From NCBI GenBank assembly GCA_030704615.1, contig CM060734.1, forward strand, positions 45,694,001-45,758,000: a DNA stretch of 64,000 nt. The letters are read 5' to 3'. Positions within the stretch are counted from its first letter, which is position 1. The number at the start of each line of letters is the position of its first letter. The DNA is from Takakia lepidozioides (lineage: Eukaryota; Plantae; Bryophyta). The translations under genes and the position numbers were made by a program. The notes beneath the pieces were generated by a model. The model saw nothing but the letters and a program-made list of their open reading frames with translations, searched no databases and had not been told where the DNA came from. Shown piece after piece: positions 1 through 13,300 of the stretch.

Positions 1-499
1 AGAAGGCCTATGGAAAGGACTGTTGTCAGAATGCCTTTTCCTGCCAAGAAAGAAAACCTAAACAAACCGAAAAGTTGTACGTGGTGAATCATTGAGGAGC
101 TCAAAGTTAGGCAATCCACGACTAGCATTTTGTCTTTTCAGAGAAGGTGACTTCTTTCTGACAAGAAGCCTTATGAGGCTTCTCGTGGGCTCTCGTGGGG
201 CATACGCTGACCTAATTCGGTTTCAGGAAACAGCAAAGCCACCAAGAAGGTGATTTTCCATCCACGGCTTTGACAAATCCAACCAGACCACCACTTGGCT
301 CCGAGAATAGATGCAAGGGAAGGCAGATGGAACATAGATTTGAACTTACACACGTTGTTTCTCCCTTGCATTGGTCATGCAGTTTCAAAACAGAAGGTGA
401 AGAGACAGTTCAAATGAGACTGTTTAAATTGAAGCTGTGGTCCTTCTATGTTGATTTGGAGGAGAGCCTGACCTGTCTCTCTCTCTCACACACACCTAG

Positions 500-751
500 C
501 CATAACACATACGATGCGACAGCAGATTACTGTTTTCTGAAGAAAGGAAGTTGAAGATTGCGATAGCGCAAGCAGTGCTTAAGTACCCTCGTATTCTTTT
601 ACTTGATGAAGCCACCGGCAGCTTGGATGTAGAGGTTGTACGGAGGGTGCAAGAGGCCCTTGACATCTTAATGTTGGGCAGATCGACAATAGTCATAGCC
701 CATCGTCTGACAAGCGCTCGTAATGCGGATACGATTGCAGTTCTGGAATAA
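500..751 (+). pseudogene. ABC transporter B-family (ABCB6/ABCB20-like) nucleotide-binding-domain fragment
   Basis: Reads [31 protein letters not shown]...[21 protein letters not shown]...[10 protein letters not shown]: Walker B (LLLDE), D-loop and H-loop, with the degenerate 'EE.K.K..IA' signature typical of ABCB6/20 NBD1. Frameshift near 520, premature stop at 749-751, no flanking exons recognised. Confidence 0.8.
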
Positions 752-908
752 TCTGTTGTGATCCAAGTTATTCTATTTTTGGAACAATGTCGTTCTGTGT
801 GTTCCGAAATTTTCCATCTACCTTTCAATGAAGCCTTGGATTTCAATGCGAAAAACCAAGATCTAATGCATTCACACCAAGCAAAAGCTGGTTAGTGAAT
901 TTCTCTGA

Positions 909-1076
909 ATGCTTGGCAGCTTACTTGCACGAGGCACTCACCCTTAGACAATCACTCGAACAATAGTTTTTATCTCTGGCTCTGGGTTTTTGTTTCCTCT
1001 CATGTTTTCTTCCATTTTGTCCCATAAGCTCTATGAGCTTTCCGCGAACGTTATAAAGCACCATTTCATTTCTCTC
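909..1076 (+). mobile_element. RTE-X-like LINE family B, 3' fragment with (ATTTC)n tail
   Basis: Closely matches 53028-53190 (CLAAYLHE.. then ctctatgagctttccgcg.acgttataaagcaccatttcatttctctc). Confidence 0.75.
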
Positions 1077-1549
1077 CAATTCTCATTGCAGTCTTTTTGC
1101 ATGTACACCTCTGCCAGTACACTCCTGACTTATTCAGGAAGGGCCTGACTGTTTTGTTTCTTAGTCAATCTACAATGTTTAATGTCCAAGAGTCTATTGC
1201 TTAAGACAGCCCATCGGAAGGCCAATGGACGATTGAAGGATTCAAAATTGAACCCAGGAAATCTTCTGGAACATGTATGGCACCCAAGATGAACACAGAA
1301 AAGAGAGCAAGGGGGAGAGACGCGGATCTGGTAGTACCTAGCCCACAATTCTTTGTTGACTTTAAATTGCAGCACTCTTTGTAGAGGACTAGTCTCTCTG
1401 CTATCTTGAGTTTGATCTCATTGGTCCATCTCTACCGCAGACAATGAGTTTCCTCCCCAATGATCTTGTCAACTACAGATGAGACGAAACCCTCCCAAGA
1501 ATTCACCGCTATTTCGACTTCATGTCTAGACCTCAGAGAAAAAGAAATT

Positions 1550-1905
1550 GAGAGAATGTACTCATAAGACTTTCTTTGCCGTAGCCTTGTGGCCATAGAC
1601 CCCGCGTCCAGTGTGGACGGAAACATAGGGAATAGACACTACCTCTGTGAGGGGCTCAGACTTACCCTTGAATAAGACAATTAGTTCGGGCTTCCCAGAT
1701 ATCCTCTAGAAAGCCCTTCACACAAGCATCAATCTGCTGTGTGAGCAGCCCAAAAGTCAGAACCCAAGAGGGCCAGGGCTTTAGGCTCAGCCTTGAGATT
1801 TTCAAAGTTGGTGAACAGAGGTGTAGGAACCATGTTCTTGATGTTCCTGAAGAGGGTCACTCTCTGGTGAGTATACCTGGACAATGTATCAGAAAATGGA
1901 TATTG
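1550..1905 (-). mobile_element. RTE-X-like LINE family A, 5'-truncated copy
   Basis: Reverse complement aligns with ~32725-33090 (IHFLIHCPG...QQIDACVKGFLEDIW...gcggggtc.atggccacaaggctacggcaaa...cttatgagtaca). The 5' junction abuts (GA)8 at 1906-1921. Confidence 0.85.
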
Positions 1906-2592
1906 GAGAGAGAGAGAGAGAGTACTACCTGTAGCAAAATGGCTTCATAACCTTGCAGACGCCCATGCAAAGGTGCCAGTAGAAAACCCAGCAAAAGTTG
2001 TGCCAAGTCATTCGCCTCGCAAGCTGCATCTCATGCTTCACCATGTACCATAGATCAGTTCCCCCGGCGCCCTTGCAAAATTGTGGTGAGCATCCAGACA
2101 ATCCAGAGATCTAGCAGGTGGGTAATCTCGCGGATGTCTGAAGGCCAGCGGACCTTCAGAGGTTGCATTGCTGTGTGGAGGATGAATGAACGAGCAATCC
2201 TCCAGACAAACCTGTCATCCCTGCCAAGGATAACTGCCGCGATCGACAAGCTCTGCTCTCAAGAAGCTCCGTGCAAGCAAGAGAGGATCATCTTCTGCAC
2301 TGCACAATCTAGTGGTTCTTGTAATCCAAGTGGGCCTCGAATTTGTTTGAGAGAAACGTGTTGTGTAAAACACCCTGTAGCCGCAAAGTGTTTGCCTTGT
2401 CGAACTTGTCCTTCCGTTCGAGGTGAGCCTGTTCCAGGCGTGTTAATGCCCTTCATCCGTAATGGCCTTAAGGGAAGGCATGATCGGCTTGTTTGTGTGT
2501 GAGACGGAGAGAGAATTACCCCGTGCCTGACGCAGTACATGGGAGATTTCATGGGTATGGGACATCTGAGAGAAAGAATGGAACAATAAAAA

Positions 2593-5500
2593 ATGGATTA
2601 CAGCATTGGCGAGGGCCGCCGAGTAGAGACCATGGACAGAGAATGCTGCTTGGGTCAGTTGTTGAGCAGCCCTTCTGCAGTCAGCACCAGTGTGCACACC
2701 AAAAGGGAGTTTTCGGATTCAGACATGGCAAACTCCAGCAAATTTTCGAAGATTTTAGCAGCCAGGACAATGACTGCGAATGTTGTGAGGCTGAGGATGG
2801 AGACGGGAGGGCGATTCCTAACTTGGCGAGCGATGGTGTGTAGCCTGGTGTTCACTTCCCTTCTGTTCTGGGTTCTGTTGCAAAGAAAACTGTTTCATGG
2901 TGAGTGAATATGTTTCTTGCCATTTCAGTCAAGTACCCATCCCTCAGAAAGAACCAGCAAACCTTTTCAACCCCACTTTTTCCAGGAACTTAGGCTACGG
3001 ATGAGTTTGCCGAGCGCGCAATTTGCAAATACGCCTGAACAGGCTTATCTAATTAGAGCATTGAATTTTGAATCACAAAGACCCGTGATTAGACCTTGGA
3101 AACCAGATTTGGTGGGAAAGAGACGACCTGACCAACTGCCAGGACCCTGTTGCATGGAAACCCTCGTACAGTTGTTTGGAATAGGGCAGCTGGTGGCTTC
3201 CCCTCGAGTTCTATGAATGCTTTCGCACGGCTGTATGGTGCAAGCTATCCAACTTGAGATAGAGTTTCTCTAAAATGATGAACAGATGTACGAACCAATC
3301 AGCCGGGAAATTGAATCTGAAGTCCACAAGTACCAGTTAGAGTCCGATCAGACTGAATGTATCAGATATTGTATAGTTACAGTTAAGATTTTGGTAAGTT
3401 ATTTCTGAATATCCTTGCGTGCACACATTCTTGGAACGATTGCTTTTTAATTCTTGATCTCTAAATCGAAGCTCTCCAGGGGCAACTTACTCGGTGGCTC
3501 CTCAATTCAACTACTTTTGTAAATTATGATCAACCTGTGAGTTGGGATTGGCAGGCACGATGCACCCTACAGAGCTCGTGCGAGGTCGAATCAGGGCTCT
3601 GAAAGTCGCCCATTTCCCTGTGCAAGGGAACCCCTTGCAGGATTCCAGGGCCCAGAAGCAGATGATTCTCTTTGTGGCAGATGCTGTCACGTTCCCTGAC
3701 GAAGTACTTTTACTAGTTCAAAGTCAGAATGGGGAATATTTGCCCGGAAAGGATGACTATGAATGCGTATTCAAGGGCAATCAACGAACTTCAATACACG
3801 CGATGGGGTTCAAGGAACCTGAACTAATGTATGTGAGATGTCCACGCCCAAGCAATCGGCCCCTATCCCATGATATGAAACCGTTTACAGTAACTTTGGG
3901 ACTTAAAGGATCACAGGCATTGTTGCAGACAGAGGCACAGTATCCATATAAGCCCTCATGGGAAAGATTAGTATACGAGACACTGGTACAACGTGATAGT
4001 GTTATTCTATTTGTTAAGGGTTTGTATAATCGCAGGCAATCCAAAAGCTTGGACATCTCCAGACTTCGGTGTGTTTTTGGAGATATCCATGAAGTGTCGA
4101 CATGGGTTCGAATTGTGGCCCAAGAGGTAACACACTTCTTCCTAGAATGTGGAGAATGAACTCACTATATCATAGTTGGATCTACAGGTATAAAACTGGA
4201 CTCCTTGCAACTCGGGAGGTTTTGTTCAGTGAGCTGTAGCAACAGGGAACGCAGGTTCAGTGATCTACATTGCTCTTACAAGTGCCTTAGTCTATTCTCG
4301 ATTTACGACATAGTTCGTAAGATTCTTTGTGCCTTGATCTATTTCTGTGTACAACACTTCATCTCTCTCTTTCTCTACAAGGACGCTGGATCTCTTGGTG
4401 CAGTTCCAAGTTTGAGAATCTTTTCTCAAGCTGTCTACAGACACGTGGGATCAGCTGTGCTGGCCATCGTGGGTTGATCATTAGCTATGGTGTAAAGAGC
4501 TTTCTTGGCACATTTTCAGCTGAGGACCATGCTGGAATAGAAATTACAAGTCCTTGTCTCTGCGTACGTGATGATTCTCTTCAACTTTCCAAGGCAGTAC
4601 TTGTTATAGTGGTGGGTCTTCAGGTGGTGCGCTGTAACCTGCCTCATCTATCTTTGCACCAGTCTCTTGTTGGGAAGAAGGTTAGTATAAGATCGCCAAG
4701 ACTTGGGGTACTTCCTTCGGTTGCGTACTTCTATCCACCCAGTTTCAGAGGCACAAACGCTGGTGGTGGCAAGAATCAAACGTTGACCTTTGATAGTATA
4801 GCTGCAGAAGAGAATTCACAAATTGCCGGGAAAACTACCACTGGACGTGCCAGTAAAAAGCACTTTATCTGTGCATGCACCATGATATGGAATCAAGCGC
4901 GGTTCCTGAAGGAGTGGATCATGTACCATTCATACCTAGGAGTTGAGCGGTGGTATTTATACGACAACAATAGTGATGACGAACTTGAGGAAGTCCTCAG
5001 CGAGTTTCTCGCCAAGCTCAATGTCACCCGGCACATATGGCCCTGGCTAAAGACACAAGAGGCAGGATTCGCTCACTGTGCCTTGAGGGCGCAGACGGAG
5101 TGCGAATGGGTGATGTTTACTGACGTAGATGAGTTCATCTACCCCGCTCGCTACCTCGACGGGAAGATGTCCTCTGATCAATCCTCCATCCTCAAGAGAT
5201 TGATCAAGACTGAGATCGAGAGAGTATGGGGCGCACGCGGCTCAAGCCATGTGGGAGAGATAAGATTGGATTGCCACAATTTTGGACCGACAGGCCTAAT
5301 TCAACATCCTGAGGAGGGAGTAATGGTGGGATACACATGCCGTATGAACACTCCGCAACGTCATAAAAGTTTCCTACGAGTCGATGCTTTGAACGAGAGT
5401 CTGTTGAATGTGGTGCACCATTTTGACTTGAAGACGACGTTTCGGCCCACTGCATTGCATCGGAACATAGCAGTCATCAATCACTACAAATATCAGGTTT

Positions 5501-6754
5501 GTGCACATGTATATATATAGTGGGTTGCTTTATTGGGTCACTAAAGACGATTGAGAAGGGCCTCCTTGATAGTGAATGACATGAATGTTGCTCTGTGCAT
5601 GAAAATTGTGCAAACGTACATAGGACTCGGATTTGAGCAGACCTATTTGACCATGTCAATGACATCTGATTATAGAAGTGAAATTTTCCTAGCTCATGAG
5701 GTCATCAAATCACACAATAAACCCTGCCTATGCCTACAAATCAATCTGTAGCTTGATCAATATATTATAGTAGGTGCAGTGCTCCATGACTGGTAGATTT
5801 TCAGCTCTTTGCTAATCATCGATAATTAATATAGTATAGACACCGAGAGGCGGCAGAAGTGGCTCTTGTATACACTAGCTTTGGGCGGGGTCTTCTCTCT
5901 CTTGAATCATAAACTAGCACAGTTCAAATCTAGGTGCTCAATCAGGTTCGTACGCCAAGGATCTAGAAATATTTTTCTTCGCATTTGTCACGAGTTAAGC
6001 TTGAGAAGTCCTTGATTTCATGAGTCCCATGCTGTCATTGGGGAAATTTTTTCAAATGCATAGTCTGGGACCTGAGCAGGTCCGGTCGATAGTTTCATGG
6101 CTAAGTGGCACACCTTAATTAACTCAGCCCTGATTCTACAACCCATCACCAAAGTTTTTGATCTCGAGGGGTAGGTCTATCCATAACTCATGATTTTGCA
6201 TACCAATTGTTTCCTTTACTGGACTGGGAATCCTTGATGTGTGGTGTGAAACCTTCAATCATGAACTTGCACACAAGAGATCACAAAATTTCCAACTTTC
6301 ACAAGTCTGATATTGGGCAGCAGAATCTTATGTTGAGCAAACTTTGAGGCTAGTGATCATGTCTCAGCTATCTTTGTACAAGAAATTAGAGCAGGTCACT
6401 CGCTTTTGACAAGATTGCATTTAGTGAACATTGTTCAACATTGAAGTTATCTTCTCTGGTCTCTAGATTAGATTTTCTTCAGGAGCAGAATCTAACGAGA
6501 TTCGGACCGGTTGGGGTTTCCAGGTCTGGGATGTCTTCAAAACAAAATTCTACAGGAGAGTAGCGACGTATGTGACAGACTGGAGGTTGAAGCAAAATGA
6601 GGGCTCCAAGGATCGCGTGCCAGGTCTGGGCACTGAGCCTGTCGAACCCCTGGATTGGCCAGACAGGTTTTGCCAAGTAGTCGACCTTGGCCTCCGAAAC
6701 TTTACCCTCCAAACTTTTCAACACCCTCATACCCACCAATTGTTGTGGCAATGA
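2593..6754 (+). CDS. Glycosyltransferase family 92 (DUF23) protein, type II membrane
   Basis: Exons ~2593-2899 (start ATG uncertain; several in-frame ATGs, e.g. 2593 and 2632), 3555-4126, 4624-5496, 6524-6754, all GT-AG and phase-consistent. N-terminal TM segment (AMVCSLVFTSLLFWVLL). Motifs CACTMIWNQARFLKEWIMYHSYLGVERWYLYDNNSDD, WPWLKTQEAGFAHCALRA, DVDEF (DxD), INHYKYQVWDVFKTKFYRRVATYVTDW, SKDRVPGLGT. Confidence 0.93.
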
Positions 6755-8163
6755 TGTGATTTATCATTTCTTCTATTACAAGACGGCCAGCGCTCCCGAG
6801 ACTCTATCTCGTCCATTCAAACAGTGAGCGATGGTGAGATAACTAATCTTAATGAATGATGTCCATAGTAATTTATTCATCCCAAATAATCTCTAGGTGA
6901 CCTACAAAAATTGCACATGAACCCAATTAAAGTAGGGGCCCCAAACTACACTTGATCAGTGGTCTCCTTCCTGCTTCCCTCTCCTTAGAAGAATTTTGCA
7001 CCTGTACACGGGTTGACCATCCCGCCAACTCATCCAAACAGTACTTACCTCACTTGAGACACCTCACTAGCAGAAGTGGAGTGGTCTGATGATTGATCAA
7101 TGTGGCAACTCCAGATAATAAATCCACTTGCGAGACCATCCCATAAGACCTATACTATATAGCCCATGAAACAGTGTGCAAAGGCAACGTTGAAGATCTT
7201 AAATCTTAACGACAGATTGAATTATTCATAGATCTGAAGAGTGAAACATGAAAGGTGCCATTGATTCAAGGCTCCAAAGTACATACTTGACCTGTACATC
7301 TGCCCCTCTCTCTTTCTATATCATTAGAATCTAACCTTTTTCACGGACTATCATTCAGAAGTATATGACAGAGTGAGTTCAAGCTTTTGTGGTTCATGAT
7401 CAGTGTTTCAACCACGTCCATCTTCCTCTACTTCTCCTATTTTGGTATCTTAGATGTAACAACTTCTCTTGAGGAGACATGCAGCATTCATGGACAATGG
7501 AACTTAGGAGACAGAAGATAGACTTGATGCATTCATGAACTCACATTCGATTTCAATGTACAACCGTGTAATATATATAACTTACCCGAGGGTACCTACT
7601 AGCTTTCTCCTCCTCCGTGATTTCCCATCAGCCTATCCCACAGGCCCAGGTCCACAAACAGGTTCTCTATTGACTGTTATTTATTTACATTTATTTCGGT
7701 CTGTTCGTTTTGACTTGCTACAGTCTAGGCCATCAAAGGAAGGAATCCTCCAACAACACCCAGCTAGCCTACACAATCAGGTCACAGATTGGAACCATCT
7801 GGATACTCCCTGTGAAGATTCCTTACTTCAGGCGATGTCGAGGGCTACAGTGGGCTGAAAATGGGTCTACATACTTCTAAGCACCCTTGACCAATGGTGG
7901 TGATCGATCCGTAGTCATCGTGAGAAATATGGCATATGCAGAAATGACTCTGACTTGGACTAGCACCCCTTGGAACATAGAACAGTGGCAGAAGAAATTT
8001 CACGGAGTATGAGTCAAGAGTCAATTTGGTGGGAGGTAATTTTATCAGAGAAGTGGCTACTGATCACGATCCGGGTGTTAAAGTTAAGCTTGGATATTTG
8101 TGATCTAGTGCGTGAGGATCTACGGTCGTAATCCATTTCAGATTTACTGAATACAAAACAATT

Positions 8164-9240
8164 GCTAGGCTTGTCACATTACCGGGAGCCACAGGTTTGA
8201 AATCCTGATTTGTCTTTTAAAAAAATAAGTCAATATTATTTTAAAACATTCTATAGTTGAGATTTTAGACCTTGTACCAGAATGCACATGGTTTTAGGTT
8301 GTGGAGGATTTTAGTTCTTTTTCTTTTTCTTTTTTTTTAGAGAATAGGGGGATTGTAGCCCTGGAAACTTTATTTATAAGGAGGTAAGGAAAAAATAACC
8401 TTACAAAGGGCCATAAGGCAATGGAATGAGATACCACTCCGAGCCAGAAGAAAAAACTAAGGAAGGTCAAAGTCTGCAAGGAGGGAGCAGCAAGAGCCCT
8501 ATCTAGAGACAACAACTCCTGCCCCTTAAAAGAAGGGAAACACAGGAGTTTTAAAGAAGAAAATTCAAGCAAAGCAAGAATCCTAATATATTTAATGTGT
8601 GTTTGTGGGTATATCATGAAACTTGGGTGCACAAAACTTGGAGAGGATCTAACTTGCCGAGGATCTAAAGCCCTGATTAATGTTTTCAAATTTTCAAATA
8701 ACGGTTTGAATTGTGGGCTAGGGCACTTTATTAAAGAATAAAAGTATGGGCGTTTTTCACTTGAAATTATTTTTTGTGAAGATTTGAGTCACTCTTTAAT
8801 AAACAAGCTGCTAGTTGTGTATGGCTTCTCCTTGTGAATAGTGGAATCTACTTGCACACTTCCCATTGAAGTGCACCATACCTCTGACTCTCTAAAATAC
8901 ATATATTATGATGAGACTGGGGACTTGGGACCACCACCAGATTTCATGGAGAAGCCATTCTTGGCGGAGATGGTCAAGACGGATTTGTTGTAGGTTTATC
9001 AACTTCGTGAGATAGTAAATTTAGATTTAGCAAAATTCGAATGTTGAGATAAGTCCAAAATGAAGCTGACATAATAAATCTCTTCAAAGAAATTGAAAAA
9101 GTCTCATCATCCCAAAACCTTACAAACAGTTAATGCGGAATGCTTGAAATAAATGTGGATGGATCTACAACTTTGACTATTGCACATAGTTGTCTTCAAC
9201 ATGAGAGAAAGCATTGGAGGTTATTATTGATGTTTGGAGA
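8164..9240 (+). mobile_element. Internally deleted copy of the DNA-transposon-like repeat at 19630-21044
   Basis: 8164-8307 and 8548-8975 match the reverse complement of ~20435-21044; 8990-9240 matches rc ~19630-19900. Shared terminus gctaggcttgtcacat. Confidence 0.85.
8308..8547 (-). mobile_element. L1-type LINE 3' end with poly(A) tail, inserted in the repeat above
   Basis: rc ends aataaagtttccagggctacaatccccctattctct(A-rich). The same aataaagtttccagggc end occurs at ~56784-56833. The segment is absent from the 20870 copy of the host repeat. Confidence 0.7.
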
Positions 9241-9243
9241 CAA

Positions 9244-9316
9244 CCAAGTTGTAGCCCGGTGGTAATGAGCACATACCACCTCGGAAGTGGTTGTGGCCGG
9301 TTCAATCCACCCTTGG
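9244..9316 (+). other. tRNA-like Pol III element (SINE head or tRNA pseudogene)
   Basis: A-box tagcccggtggt, B-box ggttcaatcc, hairpin accac-ctcggaa-gtggt, ccaag/cttgg terminal pairing. Spacing and T-stem are non-canonical. Confidence 0.35.
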
Positions 9317-10305
9317 TGTCACAAAGGTGTCCACTTTCCTAGCGGAAGGCATACACAATCAAATGATTCTGAACAAAATTCTCTTCTTCTGAATACTGAT
9401 GTTAGTGCCTTTGACATTATATCACGCAGAGCAAAAAGAAACCGTTCTACAAACAAGTACATGGCAAACCCGTTAATGCATCCTGTGCATTGCAACACAC
9501 ACAACTATTTGTCAATGCTTTGCTTTTGAGTCTGAGATTTCGTAAAACTGCATAGGACTTTCTTTGAGCACCAAATTATGATGTTGAAATGATAATTTAT
9601 TTGACGACTTCTTACATTCTATGAAGGGTGGGTTTCAAACTTGAGAGGGATTGAATGCAAACTTCCAGGGCCATATCTAGAACAAAACTAACATCCATGG
9701 AGACGGACCATATAGAAAGAGAGCTAACTTGCCTTGCTACCACCTCCAAAATATCTAGAGAACTCTCATGTCTGTCTCAATAAATTGTTTGAGAAAATTT
9801 CAAACCATATCACCAAATTGTCATTGGTCTAATTAATAATTATGTACTAAATTTGGGCAGTTTTATTGACAGCAAATAGATAAGTTGTGTGATTGTAAGG
9901 ATGGCCCAATTTTCTTTTTGACCGGCCCAATCTTAGAAAATAATGAATTGGACAAACATATGCGGAAGGTTCGAAACACAAATAATTTAATAAAAAATTA
10001 AAGTGGAAAGTCATTGGACGGGGTTAAACCTGCCAGACAACACAACAATGAGAAACATAGGAGGGCCATTGGTTGATGAGAGAGGGTATGAAGTATTCTG
10101 CCTGCTAGTAACTGGAACTAGATGTCTTCTCTTTGTAGGGCATAGAGAGAGCCGGATGAGAAAGAAAGGTGTAGACATGTTGTACAAGCATTGTGACCAC
10201 AGCCCCTTAAACTAGAATTGGACTGACTTGCCCTGAATGAAAGGTATACAATTAGCAGCATAACCCCCCGAGGATACTAATCCTTGCAGTGGAGTCATGG
10301 AGTTT

Positions 10306-13300
10306 TCAGCATATAAGAGAAATGGGGAGTTTACCATAGCCCGGACATGCCAAAGACCTCAATAAGACAGCGGAAGGAGGAGAAGTTTGTGGAGGCAGAA
10401 AGTACAAACAAGAGAGAAAGGAAGGAAGGTTATAACTTGCACAAGAATACTCCCAAACAGCTGTAACTGGAGAGAGATGTACCTGGGGACATTGTTGGGA
10501 GCTAGGAATCTTTCTAATCGTGGCTCGCGCAGCGGCAGTTGGGCAGATGGCGAGGCAGGGGGTCTGTAGAGCTGGCTCCTCTTCAGCAGGCAAGGCCTCC
10601 ACACCAAATTTGAACTGCAAATCACAACATTCTTATCACTGACCATACAACCAATACAATTAACCTGCAGAGATTATCTTGGTTCTACACTACCCCTTTC
10701 TTGAGCTCAGAAAGAGTTTGGATCCACATAACATTGTGAATATGCTGTATTGAAACATGCCCCAAACAATTGACCTTCTCGTGGTCTACCAACAGCTCTT
10801 GTTCTACTCCTTCCAATTCGTAAGAGAACTGAAAATATCATGAAGTCTTTACAGGACTAAACCTGGCAGCTGAAATTCTCATAGTTAGGCTCTATAGCCA
10901 ATGCCACGCCCATGTCTCCCTTTATAAATGCCTGTCCCAAATCACCAGAGATGTCATAATTACGGAGAGGAGCAGATAGCGCATCACCACCAGATAGGGC
11001 AACAATCAAATGCCAGCCCCCAACAACATCCACACAAAAGCTCACTTCATAATTTCAACCCAAGCATAGTCAGTACTGCTTTTAGCTATGTCTTGATACT
11101 CCTCAATGATGGAAAACACAGTGAGAGGCTTTGTCAAGCTTTCAGAAAGGGAAGATTACAAAATAAATCAGGAAGAAAAGAAACTATCCATCTGGGTCAT
11201 GCTTTCCTGTACTGTCTAAAAACACCTAACCTTAACTTGGTTTGCACTTCAGATTGATGGAGAGAAATGTTAAGGTAAAGAGCTCAATTTCAAAGGTATG
11301 AGGAAAGATAGCCTTTTCTGAGTCTGCAGTTTTGGTATGGAAAACATGGACCAAAACAAAACAAGGGAGGACCCAAACAGAAGTGCAAGGCTGACCTGAG
11401 TTGGCATCTTGCAGGTGTGAATGCATATGCCTGCGCACTTGCTCTCTTCAAGATATTTGCACTTTTGCACAAACACCTGGTGCAGACAGAAAATCCATGA
11501 GTTCCTACATGAATACAAGTGGTCACAGATTGTCTTACTTGATTCAAGTGCTGATTATCAGCGAAGTGGAAATAAAGGGGACCCAAAGCGATAACCAGTC
11601 GATCACAACATCCTCTGGCAAGCACTGAAAATGCAAGCGATTTGACCTTGGACAAACAATCTTAAAGCACTAGAACTTCCTTGGTCCCGGGCACAACGGG
11701 CCATTAAAAATGATTCAAAACATGTTTACTCATAGCTGTCTACAATTGCCGGCTATTGAGAATCTATTACCCGTGGCATCAATTTTTTAGATCTGGGTTG
11801 ATACCCGCCCTACAGATACCCTGTTCACTCAATACTCCCAACACTGCTAGAGACGCTGCAGCTGTATGAGCAACTAAATAATTCAGCTGCCCAAAGGCGT
11901 CATTGCATCCAACAAATTTTGTTACCAGAAAGCAAACTCATAAAATGCAGCTTCAACATTCCAAAGAACCTGGTGTTATCGAATTGGGTTTTAAGGGAAA
12001 ACCTAAAACCTAATGTCCCCTGTATATTCAACGTTCACAACTAATCAAGTATTGAAGATCCAGAAATTACCCCACTCAAAAGTGAAGATCCATCGGCAAG
12101 TTCCACATGGTTGACAGTGCATGGTCCCATCAGCCATTGGCATGTTGCCAAAGTGAATTGCGCTGTTGCACCAACATCCCACACTAGATGAGATAATGTG
12201 GTGATAGAAAGAGAGATATATGTAGCACTAAATCTACTAGCTGTAGTGTTGTGGCCATAGACCAGCACCCAGTGTGGATGGACCTGGAGATGGCTGACAG
12301 AAGGGGGAGGGAAGGTTGTTTGGTGGGGGATGGCAGTGGTGTATGAGAGGAAAATAGTATGGGAGTCAGTGCCACCACTTGAAGTAGAGATAGAAAGGCA
12401 CAAGAACGAAGACGGACACATGCAAGACTAAATTCACACACCAGACTCTCTCTGAGCTTCCCCCTGCTGACTCTGGGCATGACCTAGGTTCTGGATCAGT
12501 TCATACCCCAGTGGGTTGTAACCTCCAACCAGCTCGAGTTATATCATACCTGGATTATGCACTCAAGTACAATTGGTGGATCTCTCCTTCTCCTCACCAC
12601 TGCAAATACAAACTTTGAATCTTTCTCTTTCACCCTCAAGATATGAAATGGTCCATTAGAAAACAAGAGTGCAGTACCACATAGCATTGCAGCTGGCTTC
12701 TGTCCTCCAAGGGGAGCTATGAGGCGCTTAAATAATGCCAGGAACCAAGATGGAAACAAGGACCTCAATATGCGTACCTGCAATCACCCGAGGCTCCACA
12801 TTATATGCCCCCTCCTTCAAGTGCAAAGGTGGACCAACTCAATGCAATCCTGCTTCCCAGCTAAGCTTGTTGGTGAACACTATGAGTGGGGTGGTATCAA
12901 TGCCATAGCCTAGTAGAGTCTTAGAAATTCATCCGGGTAACACAATTTTTGAGACGTTGGCCACAGAATGAGGAACATACCGTGGCTTGTTCAGTCTCAT
13001 TGGTGTGGTGGTGTGCCAACAGACCCCGCTTGGCCACATCAATGAGACCATCATAACCAGGTTTCACAGAATCCCACCCGACCTCCTGCACCAATGCTTT
13101 GCCTTAACTCAAAGCTCTTCAACACATCATCACCACCCTTGCTCATTCCACATATATAATATGCATCTTAGTACATCCATATGCGGCGAACATTAAAACA
13201 TTGGTTAGTAACAAAATCGTATAAAAACAATGGCCAATGTTTAGGTTTGAGTTCTACAGAAGAATGCTCTCGCAACGAGCAAGGGAAATCGAGGGGGAAG

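Noticed and set aside
4327-4623. N-terminal part of the 397-aa ORF
   Set aside because: Lies in the GT92 intron; the conserved AQE|VVRC splice skips it.
6900-8100. Minus-strand splice-donor-like sites and short ORFs
   Set aside because: No recognisable protein or consistent exon chain.
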